A stretch of 64,000 bases of DNA, taken from positions 233,537-297,536 of the forward strand of contig CAMYVW010000002.1 of NCBI GenBank assembly GCA_947302655.1, written 5' to 3'. Numbering within the stretch: the first letter of the stretch is position 1; every line of letters starts with the position of its first letter. Below the pieces are notes generated by a model that worked only from the letters and a program-made list of their open reading frames with translations, had not been told where the DNA came from and did no database searches. The DNA is from an uncultured Mycoplasmatota bacterium (lineage in GTDB: Bacteria > Bacillota_I > Bacilli_A > RF39 > UBA660). Made by a program: the position numbers and the translations under genes. Below, in pieces: positions 57,714 through 64,000 of the stretch.

Positions 57714-58358
57714 GTGGTAGAAAAACTAAACAGTATTAGAAGCTATGATAAGAAATATAACAAAAAAAGAGCATTAATTATAACAATAGTTATTCTTTTA
57801 TTTGGTATTTTAGTGGGTATTGTAGCTAAATGCTTAGATAATTTAGCTCTTGATAATAATATATGGTGGCATAATATTATTGCTCATTTTGATATAGGAA
57901 ATATTCTCTCTTGTATGGGTATATGGCTTTTAATAGCACTTATTATATCTATATATAGTAAAACTCCATTTAGAGCTGCTTTAAATGTATTTTTGTTTTT
58001 TATTGGTATGAATGTAAGTTATCATATATGGACCATAGTTTATAGTGGTTTTAATCCAAGTAGATACATGATGATATGGTACAATTTAACTATTTTATCT
58101 CCTTTATTAGCTTATATTTCGTGGTATTCTAAAGGTAGTCATATAGTATCAATTATAATAAGTTCATTTATTATAGGTGTAATGATGGTTTTTAGTTTTA
58201 GTACTGGCTACTGGTATATATATTTTAAAAGTATAATAGATACATTAATTTTTATATTTACTCTTATAGTTTTATTTCATGATTATAAAACAAGTATTAA
58301 AAGTTTAATTGTAGGTATATTATTATCCTTTATTTTAGTAAATTATATCCATTTTTAA
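57714..58358 (+). CDS. Hypothetical integral membrane protein.
   Basis: ORF (GTG start) with 6 predicted TM helices. Confidence 0.4.
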   Translation: MVEKLNSIRSYDKKYNKKRALIITIVILLFGILVGIVAKCLDNLALDNNIWWHNIIAHFDIGNILSCMGIWLLIALIISIYSKTPFRAALNVFLFFIGMNVSYHIWTIVYSGFNPSRYMMIWYNLTILSPLLAYISWYSKGSHIVSIIISSFIIGVMMVFSFSTGYWYIYFKSIIDTLIFIFTLIVLFHDYKTSIKSLIVGILLSFILVNYIHF

Positions 58359-58419
58359 TTCTTTATTTTTAGTTATTTATATTGTATAATACATTTAGAA
58401 TAGAAAAGGTGATTGATAA

Positions 58420-59604
58420 ATGAAAGCACTAGTAATTGGACATTCTTCATATGATATTGCATGCCCTGTTAACGAGTATCCAGTTGAAAACACTAAGTAT
58501 CGTTTAGATGAAGTTGTAACTTGTGGTGGAGGACCTGCAGGTAATGCTGCTTATTTACTTGGTAAATGGGGTATTGAAACTTATTATGCTGGTGTTGTTG
58601 GCTCTGATGATTTTGGAACTAAAATCAAAAAAGAGTTTGAAAACATAGGTGTTCATACAGAATATTTGGAGACTAATTATGAAAAACCTACTTCAGTTTC
58701 ATTTATCATGATTAATAAACAAAACGGAAGTCGTACTTTATTTAATATTGCCGGTGAAAGACCAAATATGAAAAAGTATGATTTTAATATTGATCCAGAT
58801 GTTATATTAATTGATGGGCATGATTATAACGCTTCAATGGCAGCACTTAATAAATATCCTAATGCAATAAGTGTTATAGACGCTGGAAGAATTACTCCAG
58901 AATTATTAGAATTGTGTAAGTATACAAAATATATTGTTACTTCTAAAGGATTTGCTGAGACAGTAGCAAAAATGAAATTTGATTTTTCAAATCCTAATTC
59001 TTTAGTTCAAATTTATACAATTGTAAAAAATAGATATCCTAAATCAGAAATAGTTATAACTCTAGAAGAAAAAGGATGTTTATATGCTGTTAATAATGAA
59101 ATAAAAATAATGCCAGGTTTAAAAGTTCAAGCTGCTGATACAACAGGTGCTGGAGATATATTTCATGGAGCATTTACTTATGCAATTTCTAAAGGATATG
59201 ATATTGAAAAGTGTGTAAGACTTTCAAATATTACGGCTGGTTTATCTGTTCAAAAAATTGGTGCAAGACTTTCAATACCTACACTTACTGAAGTAACTAA
59301 TTATTATAATGAGAAATTTCCACAAACTAATCAAAGTATTCAGCAACCTACACCAACAGTTGAGCAAACACCAGTAAATACAAACAATTCTCAAGCAAAT
59401 ATTAATCAGGTAGTTAATAATCAAAATATGGTTCAAAATACTAATCAAATACCTAATCAAATACAGAATACTAATAATCAAGCTGTTTCTAACCAAGAAC
59501 CAGTTTCTCAAGTTAATCAAAACGTTCAGCAACCTGCTGTAATGAGTTATGAGCAAGCTATGCAAGCTCAAAATAATGCTAATGGGGGAAATTTAAATGG
59601 CTAA
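58420..59604 (+). CDS. PfkB-family carbohydrate kinase with a ~90-aa Q/N-rich C-terminal tail.
   Basis: Ribokinase-like motifs (DTTGAGDIFHGAF). The C-terminus is QQPTPTVEQTPVNTNNSQANINQVVNNQNMVQNTNQIPNQIQNTNNQ.... Confidence 0.7.
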   Translation: MKALVIGHSSYDIACPVNEYPVENTKYRLDEVVTCGGGPAGNAAYLLGKWGIETYYAGVVGSDDFGTKIKKEFENIGVHTEYLETNYEKPTSVSFIMINKQNGSRTLFNIAGERPNMKKYDFNIDPDVILIDGHDYNASMAALNKYPNAISVIDAGRITPELLELCKYTKYIVTSKGFAETVAKMKFDFSNPNSLVQIYTIVKNRYPKSEIVITLEEKGCLYAVNNEIKIMPGLKVQAADTTGAGDIFHGAFTYAISKGYDIEKCVRLSNITAGLSVQKIGARLSIPTLTEVTNYYNEKFPQTNQSIQQPTPTVEQTPVNTNNSQANINQVVNNQNMVQNTNQIPNQIQNTNNQAVSNQEPVSQVNQNVQQPAVMSYEQAMQAQNNANGGNLNG

Positions 59605-59863
59605 TAACATTCTAACTAGTAAATCACCTAGATTAGATGTACATGGGGAAACATATGATAGTGTTTCCCTTTATGTTTCTCAATTTGTTGATGATAATTA
59701 TAAATTAGGTAATAAATATATTGCAATAGTTCATGGTAAGGGTGAAGGAATCCTTAAAAATAGGGTACATGAGCTATTAAAAGTAAATAAAAAAGTTGAA
59801 GATTATTATCTTAATAATTGGAATATTGGAGAAACAATAATTGTACTTAAAACTGATAGATAA
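59597..59863 (+). CDS. Smr domain protein.
   Basis: LDVHGETYDS...IAIVHGKGEGILKNRVHELL matches Smr (LDLHG / HGKG). It overlaps the kinase stop by 8 nt. Confidence 0.6.
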   Translation: MANNILTSKSPRLDVHGETYDSVSLYVSQFVDDNYKLGNKYIAIVHGKGEGILKNRVHELLKVNKKVEDYYLNNWNIGETIIVLKTDR

Positions 59864-59980
59864 AGATATTTATCAAAAAAAGTTGACATTTGTTCGAAAA
59901 AATGTTATTATTAAAGCATCAAAAGAAGGGTAACAAAGAAATAGTGCTAAATTTCTTTTGAATAAACAGGGGGATATATT

Positions 59981-60403
59981 ATGAAAGGTTATGTTTTAGA
60001 TTATATCAACGAAAACGAATATAAAAAACTTGAAAGAGCATTAAAGAAATATAATATGCTTGCTTTTAAGAAATTAACATTCGATTATTATCATGCTTTA
60101 AAAAACGGTAATTTCGTTGGTGAAAAGATTTCTTCTAATAAGAAAGAAAACACAGAAACATATGAGTTAAAATTACCTAGTGATAAGATGTTTGCTCAAA
60201 TATATGGTGATATTAAAGTAAAATATATTGTTTATAAAAAAGATAAAATTGTTATGCTTGATACTATAACACCAACTGATATTTTACTTGAAGGTCATAG
60301 ATCTGAACTTACTACTTATAAAGGTATAATGATTTCTAAGAACAATGCTTCTAAAGAAATGTTTAAAATTGATTTACTTAATATGCTTCAAGGAGATAAG
60401 TAA
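59981..60403 (+). CDS. Hypothetical protein.
   Basis: ORF with RBS GGGGGA. No family recognised. Confidence 0.4.
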   Translation: MKGYVLDYINENEYKKLERALKKYNMLAFKKLTFDYYHALKNGNFVGEKISSNKKENTETYELKLPSDKMFAQIYGDIKVKYIVYKKDKIVMLDTITPTDILLEGHRSELTTYKGIMISKNNASKEMFKIDLLNMLQGDK

Positions 60404-60499
60404 TTTATTACTTATCTTTTTTTCTTTGAAAAGCCGGATGCTATATATAAAAATGGTGTTGCAACATATAATATTTTATGTTATTATTAAATAGCAATT

Positions 60500-60576
60500 G
60501 GACCTCTAGCTCAGTTGGTTAGAGCATCCGGCTCATAACCGGGCGGTCGTAGGTTCGAGTCCTACGAGGTCCACCA
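60500..60576 (+). tRNA. tRNA with CAU anticodon. It is most similar to Firmicute tRNA-Ile2 (lysidine) but formally reads as tRNA-Met.
   Basis: GGACCTCTAGCTCAGTTGGTTAGAGCATCCGGCTCATAACCGG...GGTTCGAGTCCTACGAGGTCCACCA folds as a cloverleaf with a 7-bp acceptor stem (GGACCUC/GAGGUCC), a TPsiC loop GGTTCGAGTCC and an encoded CCA. Confidence 0.85.
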
Positions 60577-60585
60577 TTTATATTT

Positions 60586-60670
60586 GCAGGTATGGCGAAA
60601 TTGGTAGACGCACTAGACTTAGGATCTAGCGGAGCGATCCATATGGGTTCAAGTCCCTTTACCTGCACCA
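60586..60670 (+). tRNA. tRNA-Leu (UAG anticodon), class II with a long variable arm.
   Basis: Acceptor GCAGGTA/TACCTGC plus ACCA, D-loop GCGAAATTGGTAGACGC, anticodon loop CTTAGGA, TPsiC GGTTCAAGTCC. 85 nt. Confidence 0.8.
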
Positions 60671-60674
60671 CTTA

Positions 60675-60703
60675 AAAATAAAGCCACAAAGTGGCTTTTT
60701 TAA
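60675..60703 (+). terminator. Rho-independent terminator after the tRNA pair.
   Basis: aaaataAAGCCACaaaGTGGCTTttttaa. Confidence 0.7.
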
Positions 60704-60750
60704 TTGCTTTTTCAGTATATTTTTGATATATTTTATTAAGAGATTGGAAG

Positions 60751-61398
60751 ATGAATATGAAAAAGAAAATTTGTTTATTTTTAATTATGTTTTTATCATT
60801 TTTTATGATATCACCTAAAGTTGAAGCTAAGAAAAGTGATAAAGTAACTATTTATTTATTTAGAGGAAAAGGATGCGGATATTGTCGTTCATTTTTAACA
60901 TTCTTAAGTAATATAAATGAAGAATATGGTAAATATTTTGAACTTGAATCTTATGAAGTTTGGTACGATGCTGATAATAATGCATTAATGAAAACAATTT
61001 CTAACTTCTTAGGTGAAGAAGCTAGGGGAGTACCATATATTATTATTGGTGATAAAGTTTTTGCTGGTTATAGTAGCTCTGATGATGCTGAAATTAAATC
61101 TACAATTAAAAAATTATATAACACTAAAAAAAGTAAAAGATATGATGTATTTAAAGAATACAAAAAAGAAAACAAATTAACTGGTGACTATACTTCTAAA
61201 AATTTGAAGAAAACATTAGAAGATGAAAGTATTGAACTTAAAGGAGAAAAGAAAGTAACTTCTATACAATTAGAAGGTTTACCTAATGTTGTACTTAATT
61301 TCCTTTTTGTAGCTGCTGGAACAGGTATTGTAATTTTCTATAACAACAGGAAATTTAAAAGTTTAGAAGATAAATTAAATAGTAAAAAAAATAAATAA
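60751..61398 (+). CDS. Secreted thioredoxin-fold protein with a CxxC motif and a C-terminal TM anchor.
   Basis: Signal peptide, GKGCGYCRSF (CxxC) and a C-terminal hydrophobic helix. Confidence 0.5.
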   Translation: MNMKKKICLFLIMFLSFFMISPKVEAKKSDKVTIYLFRGKGCGYCRSFLTFLSNINEEYGKYFELESYEVWYDADNNALMKTISNFLGEEARGVPYIIIGDKVFAGYSSSDDAEIKSTIKKLYNTKKSKRYDVFKEYKKENKLTGDYTSKNLKKTLEDESIELKGEKKVTSIQLEGLPNVVLNFLFVAAGTGIVIFYNNRKFKSLEDKLNSKKNK

Positions 61399-61452
61399 TT
61401 AAAAAAATCTCATTAACATGAGATTTTTTATATTGTTAATTAGGTGAGTAAT

Positions 61453-62265
61453 ATGATTAGTAGAAATAAATTTAAGAAAATATATTTTGAAATAACAAAT
61501 GCATGTAATTTATCATGTCCTTTTTGTTTAAAAACAAAAAGAGATAAAAAGTCGGTTACATTTGATGAATTTAAGTATGTTCTTAATCAGATTAAACCGT
61601 ATACAAAATATTTATATTTTCATGTTTTAGGAGAGCCTCTATTACATAATGATATAAATAAATTTATTAATTATGCATCAAAAGATTTTTACATAAATAT
61701 AACTACAAATGGTTACTTAATAAATAATATAAATACTAATAATATCAGGCAGATAAATATATCTTTACATAGTTTTAATGATAAATATAATAAAACTTTA
61801 TCTGCTTACTTAAATGATTTATATAAATTTGAAGAAATGTATTCAGGTAATACATATGTTAATTACAGGCTTTGGGTTAATAATAAATATTATAATCAAA
61901 TTATTGATAGTATTTCTAAACATTATGATGTTAATATTCCTGATAATTTTTCTAATGTTAAACTTAAGAAAAATGTATATATTAATTCATCTAATGAATT
62001 TGTTTGGCCGCAAGATAATAACTCTGATAAAAACTATGATGGAGTGTGCTATGCTCTTAAAGATCATATTGCTATATTATCAAATGGCGATGTAACTGCT
62101 TGTTGTTTAGATGGAAATGGTGTATTAAAGTTTGGTAATATTTTTAAAGTAGATTTCAAAAATATAATTTCTTCAAAAAGTTTTGCTGATATGAAAAGTG
62201 ATTTAACTAATGGTAAAAGAACTAAAAAATTATGTAAGAAATGTAATTTCTTATTTAGAGATTAA
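61453..62265 (+). CDS. Radical SAM protein with a C-terminal Cys-rich (SPASM/twitch-like) region.
   Basis: FEITNACNLSCPFC carries the CxxxCxxC cluster. The C-terminus has GVCYALKDHIAILSNGDVTACCLDGNG...CKKC. Confidence 0.6.
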   Translation: MISRNKFKKIYFEITNACNLSCPFCLKTKRDKKSVTFDEFKYVLNQIKPYTKYLYFHVLGEPLLHNDINKFINYASKDFYINITTNGYLINNINTNNIRQINISLHSFNDKYNKTLSAYLNDLYKFEEMYSGNTYVNYRLWVNNKYYNQIIDSISKHYDVNIPDNFSNVKLKKNVYINSSNEFVWPQDNNSDKNYDGVCYALKDHIAILSNGDVTACCLDGNGVLKFGNIFKVDFKNIISSKSFADMKSDLTNGKRTKKLCKKCNFLFRD

Positions 62266-62334
62266 ATTTATTAATTATTATTTTTAATTTTCGACAAATT
62301 TGTTATACTATTAAAGTAGAATAGGAGTATAGAT

Positions 62335-63510
62335 ATGAAAGATAAATCATTATTAGTTTTAATATTATCATCTTTTGTAGCTGTACTTCTTCTTTTATTT
62401 ATTCCTGATAAAAGTCAAATAAAAGAAGTTAAATATCAAAAGAGCCTTTATTCTTCGTTTAAAAATATATCTACATTAACCGGTGGAGTTTATAAACTTG
62501 CTAGTGAAAAGAGATTAAGTAATAATATCTTAAATTTACTTTATTATAATAATGAAACAGATGACTATTTATCTTTCTTTATTGATAATAAAACCGGTAA
62601 GAAAATATCATTTGCTGCCTTATTAAAAGATGATTCTATTAAATCTTTTTCTGAAGTTGAAAATAGACTTTTAAGGCTTAAATATCCTAAATTTGTTGTA
62701 GATGCTATTTCTTCTAATGAAGTTACTAAAACTTATAGAGTACTTGATAATGAAATTATTATATATTATAAAAATGTTCATACAAATCCAGAAATAACTG
62801 ATAAATTTTATATTAAAATTAACAATAATGAAATAACTGATTATCTTAATTATGATCATAAACTTGATTTAGAGTATCATAATGAAAATAGTTTTGAATA
62901 TGACTCTTCAAAAAAATATATCGCATTTACATTTGATGATGGACCTAGTAAAAATAACACCAAAGATGTTGTTAATTACTTAAATGATAATAATGCTCAC
63001 GCAACATTTTTCATGTTAGGTAATTCGATGGCAAATAATCCTGATATTGTTAAATATGTTTTAGATAATGGTAATGAAGTTGGTTCTCACACATATTCTC
63101 ATAAGAATTTAAAACGTCTTTCTTTAGATGAGGTAGAAAGAGAAATGCAGCTTACTCAAGATGTATATAAAAATATTACTAATAATGACATTGAACTTTT
63201 AAGACCTCCATACGGAGCGATAAATGAAAAAATAAAAGATTCTTTTTCATATCCTTATATTTTATGGAGCGTTGATACATTAGATTGGCAATATAAAGAT
63301 AGTGATTATTTATATAATTATGTTATTAATAATGTTCGTGATGGAGATATTGTATTAATGCATGATATTCATGATACAACTAAAATAGCAGTTGAAAGAA
63401 TTTTACCTGAATTATATGCTCGAGGATATAGGGTAGTAAGTGTAAGTGAACTTGCTAAATTAAAAGGTGTTATCCTTGAAGATAATCACAGCTATAGATC
63501 TATAAAATAA
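62335..63510 (+). CDS. Polysaccharide deacetylase (NodB domain), membrane-anchored.
   Basis: IAFTFDDGPSKNNT, HTYSH and LMHD are NodB motifs. Confidence 0.75.
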   Translation: MKDKSLLVLILSSFVAVLLLLFIPDKSQIKEVKYQKSLYSSFKNISTLTGGVYKLASEKRLSNNILNLLYYNNETDDYLSFFIDNKTGKKISFAALLKDDSIKSFSEVENRLLRLKYPKFVVDAISSNEVTKTYRVLDNEIIIYYKNVHTNPEITDKFYIKINNNEITDYLNYDHKLDLEYHNENSFEYDSSKKYIAFTFDDGPSKNNTKDVVNYLNDNNAHATFFMLGNSMANNPDIVKYVLDNGNEVGSHTYSHKNLKRLSLDEVEREMQLTQDVYKNITNNDIELLRPPYGAINEKIKDSFSYPYILWSVDTLDWQYKDSDYLYNYVINNVRDGDIVLMHDIHDTTKIAVERILPELYARGYRVVSVSELAKLKGVILEDNHSYRSIK

Positions 63511-63536
63511 AAAATAATGTAAGACTTTGTCTTACA

Positions 63537-63725
63537 TTATTTATTTTTTCTTATAATTATATATCTTCCAATTAAAAATACTACTGAGAATACTGCTAGA
63601 ACAATTGCAATTATATATTCCCATAGTGTATTTCTCTTACTTACATAATTTTCAACAATTATTGCTGTAGAAATACCAAGACCAAATATACCATAAATAA
63701 ATAGTCTACTAAGAGGGCTTTTCAA
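63537..63725 (-). CDS. Small two-TM membrane protein (62 aa, TTG start).
   Basis: RBS AGGTGATG upstream on the minus strand. A bidirectional terminator (AATGTAAGACtttgTCTTACATT) lies downstream. Two hydrophobic helices. Confidence 0.35.
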   Translation of the reverse strand: MKSPLSRLFIYGIFGLGISTAIIVENYVSKRNTLWEYIIAIVLAVFSVVFLIGRYIIIRKNK

Positions 63726-63812
63726 ATTACATCACCTAACTTAATTTTAACATATAATGTTAATATTTGCATTATTTTATTACTTTGATATAATTATTGT
63801 GGGTGGAAGTTG

Positions 63813-64000
63813 ATGAAGCAGTTACTAGGTAAATCATATATTATTAAATTAATATGGATTTTTATTATTGGTTCTTTATGCGGTTATTTTATTGAAACAA
63901 GTTACTACTTCTTAAAACACGGAGTATTTATGAATAAGCAAGGTTTATTATATGGACATATTAAGCCCATATATGGTTTTGCTTCTATTCTAATTACTTT
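63813..64000 (+). CDS. CmpB/DUF1113-like (putative ABC-transporter type IV) membrane protein, 3'-truncated by the window edge.
   Basis: MKQLLGKSYIIKLIWIFIIGSLCGYFIETSYYFLKHGVFMNKQGLLYGHIKPIYGFASIL matches the conserved N-terminal pattern (GW..E........F.NrG.L.GP..PIYGFG) of PF06541. RBS GGTGGAAG. Confidence 0.45.
   Translation, partial: MKQLLGKSYIIKLIWIFIIGSLCGYFIETSYYFLKHGVFMNKQGLLYGHIKPIYGFASILIT

Noticed and set aside
1-64000. Searched for a CRISPR array, rRNA genes, IS transposases, phage integrase or structural genes, and restriction-modification genes.
   Set aside because: None was found. There are no regular 28-37 bp repeat-spacer periodicities and no recognisable DDE transposase, recombinase, terminase or capsid-like ORFs. 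The accessory regions appear to be cassette arrays without a recombinase in this window.

Overview
This is an AT-rich (roughly 27-30% GC) chromosomal segment from a low-GC Gram-positive bacterium (Bacillota-like). Almost all genes are on the + strand. Each gene tends to have its own Rho-independent terminator followed directly by an extended -10 promoter (TGnTATAAT).

Core housekeeping content: queH (partial), rpsB, tsf, frr (with no pyrH between tsf and frr), a LemA/DUF2207 pair, ygjP-like, trmH-like, rimM, trmD, rplS, lepB, an ABC-2 exporter, NodB-type polysaccharide deacetylases (x2), an MMPL transporter, rbgA, rnhB, an LtaS-family enzyme, topA, ppdK, a cyclophilin, HtrA, a PfkB kinase, an Smr protein, and tRNA(CAU) plus tRNA-Leu(UAG).

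Four accessory or unusual features stand out:
1. An array of at least 8 gene cassettes lies immediately downstream of ppdK (about 38.7-51.8 kb). Each cassette is delimited by a degenerate copy of the last ~45-55 bp of ppdK plus a terminator and promoter, so it resembles an integron-like or serial attB-regenerating array. No recombinase is present in the window. The cargo is dominated by small nucleotide- or small-molecule-modifying enzymes: nucleoside 2-deoxyribosyltransferase-like x2 plus one fragment, histidine phosphatases x3, NUDIX, GNATs, ASCH, and an SplB-like radical SAM.
2. A second, smaller array of cassettes is bounded by copies of the first ~23 bp of rbgA (23.2-25.6 kb). It includes a fossil rbgA promoter, RBS and start.
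3. A candidate type I toxin-antitoxin locus sits just upstream of ppdK. It consists of a 22-aa hydrophobic peptide gene on the - strand and a convergent, terminator-bearing antisense sRNA on the + strand.
4. A TIR-domain protein has the topology cytoplasmic TIR, one transmembrane helix, then a large extracytoplasmic domain.

No CRISPR array, rRNA, transposase or integrase was found.
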